This document shows, piece after piece, positions 17,956 through 28,075 of a stretch of DNA of 64,000 nt (position 1 is its first letter; the number at the start of each line of letters is the position of its first letter). The DNA is from an uncultured Acidobacteriota bacterium (GTDB taxonomy: Bacteria; Acidobacteriota; Vicinamibacteria; Fen-336): contig OY970399.1 of assembly GCA_963720545.1 (NCBI GenBank), positions 1,824,001 to 1,888,000 of the forward strand, given 5' to 3'. The position numbers and the translations under genes were made by a program. A model generated the notes under the pieces. That model did not search any database. It was given only the letters and a program-made list of their open reading frames with translations, and had not been told where the DNA came from.

Positions 17956-19217
17956 CGCCGGGTCAGCGCCAGCACCAGCAGCAAGGCGCGCTGCGTCCCC
18001 TTCCACGAGTCGGTCGAGTCGAACATCTCGTGAACCGAATGGCCGGCGGTGCCGTTGCCGCCGCCGTCGATGGTGAGCGCCGGCACACCGAGCGCCATCG
18101 GGATGTTGGAGTCGGTGGTGGCAAGGAAGGTGAAGTCCTTGAGGCCCAGCGCCTTCGTCACCGCATGAGTCGCGACCACGATCGCCGCATCCGCCGCAGT
18201 TTGTCCGGGCACACGCGAGCCGATGTCCTTCATTTCCACCGCCACCGGCTTGTTGCCGTCCCAGCGAGCGTTCTCCTCGGCGACGGCGTCCGCCACCGCC
18301 TTCTGGAACTGCACGTTGATGGCATCGAGCGCCGCGCGGTCGTGCGAGCGCATGTCCACCTCGAACCAGGCCTCGCCGGCGATCGAGTTCACGGACGTGC
18401 CGCCGCCGACCAGGCCTACGCTGAACGTGGTGCGCGGATCGGCGGGTGCCTGGAACTGCGCCACTTTCGCGATGGCGCGGCCAAGCGCGAACATCGGATT
18501 CGCCATGCCGAAGGAGAAGTAGCTGTGGCCGCCGGGACCGCGGAAAGTGACGCGGTAACGGAAGGCGCCGACGCCGACGTGGGTGAAGCCCTCGCCCGAG
18601 CCGTCGATCGAGATGAAGCGGTCGATCTGCCCCTTCATGCCGTCGTTGAAGAGGTAGGTGACCCCGCGCAGGTTGCCCTTCGCCTCCTCGCCGACGTTGG
18701 CGACGAAGGTGACCGGGCCCTCGGTCTGCAGGTTGGTCTTCTGCAGCGTGCGGATGACGCCGAGGAGCGCCGCCAGCCCGCGGCAGTTGTCGCCGATGCC
18801 GGGCCCCGTGAACTTGTCGCCCTCGCGCGGGAACTTCAGTTCGGTCTCGGCGGGAAAGACGGTGTCGAGGTGCGCAGCCATCACGAGCCGCGGGCCCGGG
18901 GCGCGGCCCGCCCTCGTGGCGATGACGTTGCCGACCGCATCGACGCGAACGTCCTTCAGGCCCGCATCCTCGAACAGCTTCTTCACGGCCGCGCCGCGCA
19001 GCGTTTCCTCATTGGACGGCGCCGGAATTTCGCAGAGGCGCACCTGGTCGAGGAGCAACTGCGGCTCGTCGCGCTTGACGACGTCCATCGCGGCCTTGAC
19101 GGCGGGGTCCGCGAGCAGGAGCGTGCCGATATCGGCCGCGCCCTCCTGCGCGGCTGCGGGGGCGACTGCGAGTGCGGCGAGTGCGCCGGCGGTTGCGGCA
19201 CGCTGGGCGAAATTCAC
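17952..19217 (-). CDS. exported M20/M25/M40 family metallo-hydrolase
   Basis: Signal peptide; AAHLDTVF, GIGDNCRG, NVGEE, GPGGHS, GGGTSVNSI, TTDSN, GHSVHE. Confidence 0.88.
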   Translation of the reverse strand: MNFAQRAATAGALAALAVAPAAAQEGAADIGTLLLADPAVKAAMDVVKRDEPQLLLDQVRLCEIPAPSNEETLRGAAVKKLFEDAGLKDVRVDAVGNVIATRAGRAPGPRLVMAAHLDTVFPAETELKFPREGDKFTGPGIGDNCRGLAALLGVIRTLQKTNLQTEGPVTFVANVGEEAKGNLRGVTYLFNDGMKGQIDRFISIDGSGEGFTHVGVGAFRYRVTFRGPGGHSYFSFGMANPMFALGRAIAKVAQFQAPADPRTTFSVGLVGGGTSVNSIAGEAWFEVDMRSHDRAALDAINVQFQKAVADAVAEENARWDGNKPVAVEMKDIGSRVPGQTAADAAIVVATHAVTKALGLKDFTFLATTDSNIPMALGVPALTIDGGGNGTAGHSVHEMFDSTDSWKGTQRALLLVLALTRR

Positions 19218-19960
19218 CTGGAAGCTTCCGGGAGGATGGCGGCGACAGGTTCGCGCCCGGCGAAGCGGATCGCCGCTCGCGCCAGGATGTCCGACGGATC
19301 GAAGACCGGCACTTCGAGATCCTGTTGCGACAGCACGAGCGGCAGCTCGGTGCAGCCGAGGATGATGCCCTGAGCGCCACGCGTGATGAGCCCCGCGGCC
19401 ACCTCAATGAGCGACGCCGTGATGGCGGCGCGGGCGGCGCCCGCCGCCGATGCCGACGACTTGATGGCGCGGATGGCCGCGAGCACGCGGTCCTGCGCCT
19501 CGCTCTCGGGCACCAACACCGAGGCGCCTTCGCGGGCGAGGCGGTCCTGGAAGAGGCGCGCGTCCACCGTGCCCGAGGTAGCCAGCAGGCCGATGCGCGC
19601 CACCGCCGGCCGCGTGGCGCGGATCGCTTCGGCTGTGGTGTCGAGCATCGACACGAAGGGAATCCCGGTTCTCCCCGCGACTTCGGCGAGGAAGGCGTGC
19701 GCCGTGACGCACGGCATGACGACAAAGTCGGCGCCGGCGCGCTGCAACGCCGCGGCGCCTCTCGCCATCTGCGCCACCGGCGACTCCCCGCCGTCCAGGA
19801 GCGCCTCGGTACGGTCGGGCGTCTTGGCGTTCGAGTCGATGACGACGCGCAGGTGGTCCTGGTCCCTGGCCGCGGGCGTGTTGGCGATGAGCCGCGAGTA
19901 GAAGGCGGCGGTCGCCTCCGGCCCCATGCCGCCGAGCACGCCCACAACCTTCTCGCTCAT
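19214..19960 (-). CDS. aspartate/glutamate racemase family protein
   Basis: VGVLGGMGPEAT, MPCVTAH, LLATSGT, ILGCTELP (two catalytic Cys). True start at ATG 19960 inside a longer ORF-track call. Confidence 0.92.
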   Translation of the reverse strand: MSEKVVGVLGGMGPEATAAFYSRLIANTPAARDQDHLRVVIDSNAKTPDRTEALLDGGESPVAQMARGAAALQRAGADFVVMPCVTAHAFLAEVAGRTGIPFVSMLDTTAEAIRATRPAVARIGLLATSGTVDARLFQDRLAREGASVLVPESEAQDRVLAAIRAIKSSASAAGAARAAITASLIEVAAGLITRGAQGIILGCTELPLVLSQQDLEVPVFDPSDILARAAIRFAGREPVAAILPEASR

Positions 19961-20958
19961 AGCGAGCTGCGCGGTTCGAGCAAGCCGCAGAGCACGGTCT
20001 CGCTCGCGTAGCAGAGGCAGCGGATCGCCATGCGGCCGATGAGGTACGCCTGGCCGAGCGCGAAGGTGGCGATGACGGCGAAGGCCGAGCCGTGCGCGGC
20101 GCCGGGGACGACCGCCGCGTAGACGGCGAGGAGCGCCAGCCAGAGGAGGCCGATGAGCAGGTACAGACCGCCGGCACGGCGCGGATGCCGCCACACGAAG
20201 CGCGCGCCGCGGAACGCTCCGCCAGCGGCAGCGCCGAGCCACGAAGCGTCCTGGTTGCGCACCGCAAGGATTTTCGCGTAGTCGAGGACCACATTCAGCA
20301 GCAGGATCAAGGACCAGAGAAAGGCGTACTCGGCGGCGGTCGCGGCGAACTGCCAGCGCTCGTCGGTCGATTCCCGCAGCAGCCGCGCCACCACGTCGTC
20401 GAGCGTGCCACGCAGCGGGCCGAGCACCAGCCAGTAGCCCGCGAGCCCGAGGAGTGCCAGCGTGAACACGCGCGGAAATGCCCAGCCGGCGCGCTGCAGG
20501 AAGCCGCCGCCGCGGCGCCCGGCGAAGGTCGCGACGAAACCGCCGTTCAGGAACGCCACCGAGAACAAGTAGAGCAGAACCACCGGCAGCAGCACCGCCG
20601 CCGGACCTCCCAGGAGCGTGGTAACGAAGCCGTCGAGGAGCGAGTCGAGCGAGTCGAGGATGGCGCCGATGCCGCTGACGGTCGGGCGCAGGGTTGCCGC
20701 GACGCCGGTCGCCTGCGCTGAGAAGCTGTAGGACCACAGCGAATCCCAGCCCTGGCGCATGCGCGCGCCCGCCAGGCTCGAACCGAGGCTCCGGACCACG
20801 GCGTCGTTGACGATCGCGCCGAGACACACGGCGATCGAAAGGTTCCAGGCCCAGGCGAAGAGCAGCGGCTTGCGCACGTTGCGCAGGTGGGCGATGCCGC
20901 CGCGCAGCGACGCGCGCACCAGCGGCTGGGACTCCGGCTTGCCCGCCCTCACGCTCAT
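19957..20958 (-). CDS. multi-pass membrane protein of unknown function
   Basis: ATG overlaps the M1 peptidase stop; about six hydrophobic segments; VVLDYAKI motif. Confidence 0.75.
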   Translation of the reverse strand: MSVRAGKPESQPLVRASLRGGIAHLRNVRKPLLFAWAWNLSIAVCLGAIVNDAVVRSLGSSLAGARMRQGWDSLWSYSFSAQATGVAATLRPTVSGIGAILDSLDSLLDGFVTTLLGGPAAVLLPVVLLYLFSVAFLNGGFVATFAGRRGGGFLQRAGWAFPRVFTLALLGLAGYWLVLGPLRGTLDDVVARLLRESTDERWQFAATAAEYAFLWSLILLLNVVLDYAKILAVRNQDASWLGAAAGGAFRGARFVWRHPRRAGGLYLLIGLLWLALLAVYAAVVPGAAHGSAFAVIATFALGQAYLIGRMAIRCLCYASETVLCGLLEPRSSL

Positions 20959-22976
20959 GAGAAGAACGCCGCCGAGTCGAGCAGGCTTTGCAGCCAGATC
21001 GCCCACTTCGAGGTCCACTTGAGCGCACCCATGGCGCCCTCCGGCCGGCTCGTCCAGGAATTGTTGGTGTGGTTCACGTCGAGCGTGAGCACGTAGCGCG
21101 GGTCGATCTCGACCGTGCGCACGGCGCTCGGGCGGAGGTAGGTGTAGCGGTGCCAGCGCGCGCGGCCGTCCCATTCCTCGTTCACGACGCTGCCGTCGGC
21201 AAATGTCACCCGCACCTCTACCGGGAAGGTTGCGCCGCCGAAGCGGCGCACGTCCACGGTCGACAGGACCTGCGCGGCTTCGCTCCTGCCCCCGGCGCCG
21301 CCCACCTGCCACACGGAGCCGCCGTCCTTGCCGTCCGTGTCGACATACCCGCGCGGGGGACCTTGCGGCCGCGAGGCGACACGATCGACCGCGTAGTCGT
21401 AGAGCTCGGTGCCGCGGAACGCCTGCTCCCAGAAGAAGCCGAGATCGCGGCCGCTCACTTCGTTGGCGACGGCGAAGAAGTCTTCCGGCTTCGGGTGCTT
21501 GAACCAATAGCGCTGCGCGAAGGTGGCCATGATGCGGCGCATCGTTTCCCAGCCAAGGTAGCGCTCCAGCGTGACGAGCGCCATGCCGCCCTTGGTGTAG
21601 GACAGCAGGTAGTAGGTGCGCTCGTCGTAGCGGAAGGAAGGTGTTGCGATCGACTCGAACGTCAGCGCCGAGCGCGGGCCGTCGAACGGATCGGCGCCGT
21701 GGGTGTTCTGCGCGCGCGGCAGGTCGAGGAATGCCACCGGCAGGAAGTCGTGGAAGTAGCGCTTCTCGACGAAGCTCGGGCGGTAGAGCTCCTCGAGGAC
21801 GCGCTTGTGCGAGTAGGTGTTCATCGCCTCGTCGAGCCACGAGTCCTCGAACTCGTTGTTGGCGACGGCCCCCTGCCACCACATGTGGCCGACTTCGTGA
21901 ATGGTGTTGGCCTCGGCCAGCCGGTTGACCGCGAGCGTCGGCCAGCGCGACTCGCCGGTCACGAACATCGGGTATTCCATGCCGCCGGTGTCGGCACCCC
22001 ACGGCGGGTCCACGACCGTGATGCGATGCCAGGCATAGGGATGGAACCACTCGCCGTAGAGGCGCAGCGTGTCCTTGGTGCACTGGATGTAGCGCTCACG
22101 CAGCGACGCGTGATCGGGCAGCAGCAGCAGCTCGATGTCCACTGGCGGCAGGCCGGGGTTCTCGAAGCGGTCGTTATATATGGTGAAGTGTGGGGAGGCG
22201 GTCCAGGCGAAGTCGTGGACGCCCTGCGCCGTGAAGCGGTGCCGCGTGGTGCCGTCGGCGTTCTGCACCGCGGGATGCCGGTCGCCGGTGGCGCCGACCA
22301 CGAAGCGCGCGGGCACGTCGAGGGTGACGTCGTAGTCGCCGAAGTCGGCGAAGAACTCGGTCTGGATGAACTGGTGAGTGTTCCAGCCGCCGGCTTCGTA
22401 GACGCCCACCTTCGGGAACCACTGCGCCATCAGGTAGTAGTCGCCAACCACGCCGGTGCGCGCGAACGGCCGCGGGATCTTGAGGCGGAAGTCGATCGCG
22501 ACGCGCACCGTTTCGCCTGGCTGCGCCGGCGCGGGCAGCGAAACCCGCAGCACGGTGCGGTCGTCGGGGTTGCGGTCGTCGGGCTGGATGAAGGCGGTCG
22601 GCAGCGCTCCGCCTGTCGGCGCGCCGCTCGTCCCGAGCAGCTTCACGGAAGACACTACGTTTTCCGCCCAGTCGTTCTCGCCCCAGTTGCGGATCGGAAA
22701 CGGCGCGCCGCGCAGTGCGGCGGCCTTCATCCACGACGAGCGGGAGTTGCGCCAGGCGTTGTAGTAAAGGTGCAGCTGCAGCTCGCTGGTGGCGGCTTGC
22801 TGAACGTTCGTCCAGGTGAGCACTTCGCTGCCGGTGAGCGTGCGCTCCTGCGGCTCGAGGCGCGCGCGGATCTCATAGCTCGCGATCTTCGGCGGTCGTG
22901 CCAGGGGCGCCGGTACGACCGGCGCGGCAAGCGCGGGCGCCGCGGCGAGCGCCGCCGCGAGATAGCTCAACCACAT
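20955..22976 (-). CDS. exported M1 family aminopeptidase
   Basis: Signal peptide; GGMEYP, HEVGHMWW...WLDEA, SYTKG. Confidence 0.92.
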   Translation of the reverse strand: MWLSYLAAALAAAPALAAPVVPAPLARPPKIASYEIRARLEPQERTLTGSEVLTWTNVQQAATSELQLHLYYNAWRNSRSSWMKAAALRGAPFPIRNWGENDWAENVVSSVKLLGTSGAPTGGALPTAFIQPDDRNPDDRTVLRVSLPAPAQPGETVRVAIDFRLKIPRPFARTGVVGDYYLMAQWFPKVGVYEAGGWNTHQFIQTEFFADFGDYDVTLDVPARFVVGATGDRHPAVQNADGTTRHRFTAQGVHDFAWTASPHFTIYNDRFENPGLPPVDIELLLLPDHASLRERYIQCTKDTLRLYGEWFHPYAWHRITVVDPPWGADTGGMEYPMFVTGESRWPTLAVNRLAEANTIHEVGHMWWQGAVANNEFEDSWLDEAMNTYSHKRVLEELYRPSFVEKRYFHDFLPVAFLDLPRAQNTHGADPFDGPRSALTFESIATPSFRYDERTYYLLSYTKGGMALVTLERYLGWETMRRIMATFAQRYWFKHPKPEDFFAVANEVSGRDLGFFWEQAFRGTELYDYAVDRVASRPQGPPRGYVDTDGKDGGSVWQVGGAGGRSEAAQVLSTVDVRRFGGATFPVEVRVTFADGSVVNEEWDGRARWHRYTYLRPSAVRTVEIDPRYVLTLDVNHTNNSWTSRPEGAMGALKWTSKWAIWLQSLLDSAAFFS

Positions 22977-22983
22977 CGGGGCG

Positions 22984-24120
22984 CTACCAGCCGTACTCGG
23001 CGATGGCCTTCTTGCCGATCTCGCCGACCGGTTCCCACTTGTCGCCGTTCGTCATGATGGCGATGCCGTTGCCGCCCTCGACGCTGGCGAGCAGCCAGCA
23101 GATGTAGCCGGCGTTGCCGCCGGTGTGGCCGAAGAAGCGGCGTACGTCGTCTTCCTTGCGGAACAGCTCGAAGCCGAGGCCGAAGTTGAACTCCTTCACT
23201 GGCGAGACCGCGGTGGTCATCGCGAGCGCCAGCTCTTTCGACAGCAGCTTGTCGTTCCTGCCGAGGCGCGCTTTCTGGATGGCGATCCCGGCGCGCGCCA
23301 GGTCGCTCGCCGTCGTGTAGAGCCCCGCGGCCGCCATCTCCGGATACGTGTGCCGCTCGCCGGGAATGACGACGCCGCCCTCGTGGCCGGCGCTCGCAAC
23401 TGCTAGGCGCGACGCAGGCAGCGGCTGCTCGTAGGTGCTCTCCTTCATGCCGACGCGGTCGAGCACCATGCGCTTGATGATTGCCGGATACGGCTCGTTC
23501 AGCAGCTCGGTGACCATGAGCTGCATGATGGTGGTGCCGCCGCCGGAGTATTCGAGCTGCGCGCCCGGCTTCATCGTGACGCGCACCGCCTCGGAGTTGG
23601 CGGGCGGCAGTCCGTCGAGCACCTGCTGCACCGTCGGCACCGGCACGCCCGCGGCGTAGCCCTTGAAGCCGTGGACGTTGGTGCCGGCCGTGTGGCTCAT
23701 CAGCCGGCGCAGCGTCACCGGGTTGTCCTTCGTCAGCTCGTTCTCGGGCAGCTGCCAGCTCTTCAGGTAGGCGTTGACGTTGCGGTCGAGGTCGAGCTTG
23801 CCCGCGCGCACCAGCTGCAAGGTGGCGATGCCGGCGATCGGCTTGCTGATCGACGCGGCCTGGAACAGCGTGTGCGTGTCTACTGGCTTCTTCGTGTCGG
23901 CGTTGGCGACGCCGAAGCCCTGCGCCCAGACGATCTTGAAGTTCTGGAACACGGCGATGCTGACGCCGGGAACCTTGAACTTTTCCTGGATCTCGGGAAT
24001 CGCCCTTTGCAGCGCTGCGCGATGCGGATCGGCGGCCGGTGCGGCCGCCGCCGCCGCGGGCCGCGCCGCCGGAATGAGCAGCGCGGCGGCGAACGCCAGG
24101 GTGCGGAAGCGGAAGGTCAT
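22984..24120 (-). CDS. exported serine hydrolase, beta-lactamase/AmpC-like (peptidase S12) family
   Basis: Signal peptide; ASISK, LMSHTAG, YSGGG, GHTGG. Confidence 0.9.
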   Translation of the reverse strand: MTFRFRTLAFAAALLIPAARPAAAAAAPAADPHRAALQRAIPEIQEKFKVPGVSIAVFQNFKIVWAQGFGVANADTKKPVDTHTLFQAASISKPIAGIATLQLVRAGKLDLDRNVNAYLKSWQLPENELTKDNPVTLRRLMSHTAGTNVHGFKGYAAGVPVPTVQQVLDGLPPANSEAVRVTMKPGAQLEYSGGGTTIMQLMVTELLNEPYPAIIKRMVLDRVGMKESTYEQPLPASRLAVASAGHEGGVVIPGERHTYPEMAAAGLYTTASDLARAGIAIQKARLGRNDKLLSKELALAMTTAVSPVKEFNFGLGFELFRKEDDVRRFFGHTGGNAGYICWLLASVEGGNGIAIMTNGDKWEPVGEIGKKAIAEYGW

Positions 24121-24121
24121 C

Positions 24122-26875
24122 CTAGAAGTCGACCTGCGCCCCGATCTGGATGGTGCGCGGCCGGCGCGCGGTGATGGGCTGGCCGAACAGCGTCGAGCGG
24201 ATGCTGCCCTGGTAAGCCGAGTAGTTCACCTTGTTGGTGAGGTTGAACGCCTCGCCGTACAGCTTGAAGGTCAGCTCCTTGACACGCACCGACTTGGCGA
24301 GGCGCGCGTCGATCGCGAAGTAGCCGCCGGCGATGCCGGCGTTCTTCCCCAGGTTGCCCTGCACGCCGGGACCCGTGCCGGGATCGACGTAGGCGCCGTT
24401 CACGAGGTTGGGGCGGTCGGCGAGCACGCCGTCGCCGTTGTTGTCGCGGCCGGTCGTGATGTTGAAGCGGCGCGAGCTGTTGTACTGCATGACGCCGCTG
24501 AGCTCGAAGCCGAGCGGCATCTTGAAGAGCCCGCTGAGCGTGACGTGATGGCGTTCGTCGTCGTCGGCGTTGAGGCCGGAGGTCGCCGACAGCGCCTTCT
24601 CCGCGTCGGGGTTGTACCAGGCCTGCGGCCCGCCGCCCTGGGTGATGTACTCGGGCCAGGTGTCGTCCATGGTCTTCGACAGCGTGTACGCGAGGCTGAA
24701 CTGGTAGTTGTTCGACATGCGCTTCTCGAGGCGCATCAACAGGCCGTCGTACCACATGTGGCCGTTGGTGTCGTAGACCCAGTACTGCGCGAAGTCGGGG
24801 CGCGGCTTCAGCCCCGTGACCGGATCGGGGAAGTTCTTGTCGGCGGCGCGCGTGTAGTGCTTGCCGCGCGTGTGCACGAAGTCGGCGGTGAGCGCGAAGT
24901 TGTGCCCGAGTTCGCGGGCGACGCCGAGGCTCAGCTGGTCGGCGAACGCCGTCACTTCGTTGCCGTCGCTGTAGCCGCCCGACTTCAGCGGCGTCACCAC
25001 CGTCGAGCCGCCGCGCGGGTTGGGCCCGGAGGGATCGGGGAAGCCGGGGTTCACCAGCACCACCTGGTTGGTGGTGCCAATGCCGTCCGGCGGCGGCGCG
25101 CCCTGCACGATCATGTTCACGCCGAGGTTGCCGTTGAGGCGGTAGTAGAAGCGCCCGAAGCCGCCGCGCACCGAGGTCTTGCGGCTGCCGCCCGGCGTCC
25201 ACGCGAACGAGACGCGCGGCGCGATGTTGTTGTTGTCGGGAAAGTTCTTGAAGGTCGCGACCGAATCGCCCGACTCGCGGTCGTAGCGCAGGCCGAAGTT
25301 GAGCGTCAGGTCGGGGTTGGCCTTCCACGAATCCTCGACGAACATGCCGAAGACGTTGCCGTCCACCGAGGCGTCGCCGGTGCCGGTGGCCACGGTGTAG
25401 CGGATCGGGTAGGTGCTGGCGTCGGCGGCGTTGAACGGCTTGTCGGTGTCAAACACATACTGGCCGGTGAAGAAGCTCTCGAACAGCCACTTCGAGCCGT
25501 AGACGCGCTGCAGGTTGATGCCGCCCTTGACCGAGTGGTTGCCGGAGACGCGGGTGATGGTGTCGAGCAGCTGGATCTTCTTCTCGAGCTGGCCGAAGGC
25601 GCCGCTGGCGGTGCGGCCCGTGAGCGAACTGGGCCGCGAGATCTCGGGGCCGACATCGGAGTTGGGCAGCGCCACGCGGCTGTTCTTCTGCCACTGGATG
25701 CGCAGTTCGTTGACGACGCTCGGCGAGAGCACGCCGATGTCGCTGAGGATGACGTTGTCGTTGCGGTTGGGGCGCGTGTAGCCGTTCTCGATCTGGCGGA
25801 TGCCGCCGACGTTCGCGTTTTCGGTGGTGTTCTTGTCGAGCAGGTAGGAGAACTGCATGGTGTGCTTGTCGTTCAGCTGGTGGCTCACCTTGGAGAAGAT
25901 GCTCCAGCCGCGCAGCGGCGAGATCAGGTTCTGCGACGGCCCGCCGTTGGGATCGCGCAGCGTGAGCGGCGAATCCTGCTGCAGGCGCTCTGCCGCGACG
26001 AAGAAGTGCGTGCGGTCCTTGACGATCGGGCCGCCGAGGGTAAGGCCGTACTGCTTGGTTTTGGCGGTTGGCTTCGGCAGGGTGCGCGCGAAGTAGTTCT
26101 TGGCGTTCCAGGTGCCGTCCTGCGCGTAGCCGAAGACGCGGCCGTGCAGCTCGTTGGTGCCCGAGCGGGTCACGACGTTGACGGCGCCGCCCAGCGCGCG
26201 GCCGAACTCGGCCGAGAACTGATTGGTGAGCACCTGCACCTCGGCAACCGCGTCCTGCGTCACCCGGCTCTGCGCGCCGGCGACCGATTCCTGGTCGTTC
26301 TCGACGCCGTCCACCTTCCAGGTGTTGGCGTAGTAGGCGTTGCCGCCGATGCGCGGGTTGGCGGTTTCGGTGCTGCGCACGCCGGGCGCCAGCGCCACCA
26401 GGTTCTGGTAGTTGCGGCCAAGGCTCGGGATCGCGTCGACTTCGGCGGTCTTGATGGTCTTGCCGATGACGCCGTCGGTGGTGGAGATGAGCGGTGAGCC
26501 TCCTTCGACCGTGACTTCCTCGCTGACGGTCGCGACCGTCATGTTGAAGTCGATTTCGACCTTCTGGTTGACGCTCAGGTCGAGGCCTTCGCGGGCGACG
26601 GTGTTGAAACCCTGCATCGCCACAGTCACCTTGTACGGACCGGGCGGCAGGCTCAGCAGCGTGAAGCGGCCGTGCGCGGTGGACACGGCGACGCGCTCGA
26701 AGCCGGTGCCGGTGTTGCGCGCGGTCACGGTGGCGCCGGGCAGCAGGCCACCCGAGCCGTCCTTCACCAGGCCGGAGATCTCGGCGGTGACCGCCTGCGC
26801 ATGTGCCGCCGCCGGCAGCAGCACCGCCGCCGCCACTATCAGGGTTGCCGCCACTCGCTTCATCAGCGCGCTCAT
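24122..26875 (-). CDS. TonB-dependent receptor with N-terminal carboxypeptidase regulatory-like domain (Oar-like)
   Basis: Signal peptide; ISGLVKDGSGGLLPGATVTA, FSAEFGRALGGAVNVVTRSGTNELHG, LTLNFGLRYD, IAPRVSFAW, terminal QIGAQVDF. Confidence 0.93.
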   Translation of the reverse strand: MSALMKRVAATLIVAAAVLLPAAAHAQAVTAEISGLVKDGSGGLLPGATVTARNTGTGFERVAVSTAHGRFTLLSLPPGPYKVTVAMQGFNTVAREGLDLSVNQKVEIDFNMTVATVSEEVTVEGGSPLISTTDGVIGKTIKTAEVDAIPSLGRNYQNLVALAPGVRSTETANPRIGGNAYYANTWKVDGVENDQESVAGAQSRVTQDAVAEVQVLTNQFSAEFGRALGGAVNVVTRSGTNELHGRVFGYAQDGTWNAKNYFARTLPKPTAKTKQYGLTLGGPIVKDRTHFFVAAERLQQDSPLTLRDPNGGPSQNLISPLRGWSIFSKVSHQLNDKHTMQFSYLLDKNTTENANVGGIRQIENGYTRPNRNDNVILSDIGVLSPSVVNELRIQWQKNSRVALPNSDVGPEISRPSSLTGRTASGAFGQLEKKIQLLDTITRVSGNHSVKGGINLQRVYGSKWLFESFFTGQYVFDTDKPFNAADASTYPIRYTVATGTGDASVDGNVFGMFVEDSWKANPDLTLNFGLRYDRESGDSVATFKNFPDNNNIAPRVSFAWTPGGSRKTSVRGGFGRFYYRLNGNLGVNMIVQGAPPPDGIGTTNQVVLVNPGFPDPSGPNPRGGSTVVTPLKSGGYSDGNEVTAFADQLSLGVARELGHNFALTADFVHTRGKHYTRAADKNFPDPVTGLKPRPDFAQYWVYDTNGHMWYDGLLMRLEKRMSNNYQFSLAYTLSKTMDDTWPEYITQGGGPQAWYNPDAEKALSATSGLNADDDERHHVTLSGLFKMPLGFELSGVMQYNSSRRFNITTGRDNNGDGVLADRPNLVNGAYVDPGTGPGVQGNLGKNAGIAGGYFAIDARLAKSVRVKELTFKLYGEAFNLTNKVNYSAYQGSIRSTLFGQPITARRPRTIQIGAQVDF

Positions 26876-26914
26876 CTTGCCTCCTGCAGGTGCGTCCCGT
26901 TCTCCCGGGGACGC

Positions 26915-26940
26915 GTCTCATACTGTGAGACGCTGTCTTG
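26915..26940 (-). promoter_or_regulatory. operator-like element copy 1 (CAAGAC-agc-GTCTCA-cagta-TGAGAC)
   Basis: Perfect 8-bp inverted repeat GCGTCTCA-N5-TGAGACGC (26913-26933) plus an extra half-site, upstream of the TonB receptor. Confidence 0.8.
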
Positions 26941-26947
26941 AACGATG

Positions 26948-26975
26948 ATTCTCCGTCGTAGCGAAGCGTTGTCAA
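26948..26975 (-). promoter_or_regulatory. putative sigma70 promoter of the TonB receptor operon
   Basis: TTGACA-N16-GAGAAT, 7 nt upstream of the operator; same geometry as the promoter at 42111. Confidence 0.6.
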
Positions 26976-27010
26976 GCGAAAATCACGCAGCGCGCGGCGC
27001 CGCGCCGCTG

Positions 27011-28075
27011 TTACCAGCCGGCGAGCCGGTCGAAGTACGACTGCAGGTCCGCGGCGTCGGTGGCGCGTCCAATCGCAAGGATCAACAGCAGCCGCGCCTT
27101 GAAGCCGTCGAGGTCCTGGCCGTTCAGCACGCCGAGGGCGGCGGCGTCCTCGCCGAGCTCCACCCTGCCGCCGCGAGTGCGCGTCGTGAAAGCCACCACC
27201 ACGCCCTGGCGGCGGGCCTCTGCAACCGCCTGCATCACCGCTGGTGGAACGTTTCCGCGGCCGAAAACCTCGAGCACCAGGCCGCGTGCGCCCGCGGCGA
27301 CCGCGGCGCGCACCAACCGGCCGTCGCTGCCGGCGACCAGCGTGATGAGCTCGACGTCGACACTGACGTTGACCTCGACATTCGCTTCCATGGATCCAAT
27401 CGGCAGTGTCAGGCGGCGCGCCGGCTTGCGTCCGATGACGACGTGCGCGCCGTCCACGTAGCCGACGGGCCCGTACTCCGGCGACTTGAATGCGTCGAGC
27501 GCGACCGAGTGCGTCTTGCGGACGTCGCGCGCGGCGTGGATCTCGGAATTGAGCGTCACCAGGACGCCGAGGCCCTTCGTCACGGGTGAAGCGGCGATGC
27601 GGAACGCGTTCAGCAGGTTGCGCGGCCCGTCCGAGTCGGGTTCGCGCGGCGGCCGCTGCGCCGCGGCGAACACCACCGGCCGCTGTTCGTCGCCGGTGAG
27701 CAAGTCGCAGACGAACGCGGTCTCCTCGAGCGAGTCGGTGCCGTGGGTGACGACGATGCCGGCGAGCCCGGGGTCTTTCGCGAAGCGCTCGCGGATGCGC
27801 GCCGCGAGCCGCACCTGCAGCTGCGGCGTCATCTGCGAGCTGGGCAAGTTCGCGAAGTCCTCGACCTCGACGGTGGCGACCTCGCCGAGCCCCGGTATCG
27901 CAGCCACCAGCGCCTTGCCGTCGAGCCGGCCGCTGCCGCCGCCTGCAATGGTGCCGCCGGTCGCGAGCAGCGCTACGTGCGGCGGCGCTGCGGCAGCGCT
28001 CGCGGCGGGCGCTTGCGCCAGCGCCGCACCACCCGCGAAGACGACGAGCAACGCGAGGCGCGCCGGCGCCCTCAT
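27011..28075 (-). CDS. exported L-asparaginase/glutaminase family protein
   Basis: Signal peptide; LLATGGTIA, VTHGTDSLEE, AAQRP, SDGPRNL, ARDVRKTH, GRGNVP. ATG overlaps the upstream stop. Confidence 0.9.
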   Translation of the reverse strand: MRAPARLALLVVFAGGAALAQAPAASAAAAPPHVALLATGGTIAGGGSGRLDGKALVAAIPGLGEVATVEVEDFANLPSSQMTPQLQVRLAARIRERFAKDPGLAGIVVTHGTDSLEETAFVCDLLTGDEQRPVVFAAAQRPPREPDSDGPRNLLNAFRIAASPVTKGLGVLVTLNSEIHAARDVRKTHSVALDAFKSPEYGPVGYVDGAHVVIGRKPARRLTLPIGSMEANVEVNVSVDVELITLVAGSDGRLVRAAVAAGARGLVLEVFGRGNVPPAVMQAVAEARRQGVVVAFTTRTRGGRVELGEDAAALGVLNGQDLDGFKARLLLILAIGRATDAADLQSYFDRLAGW

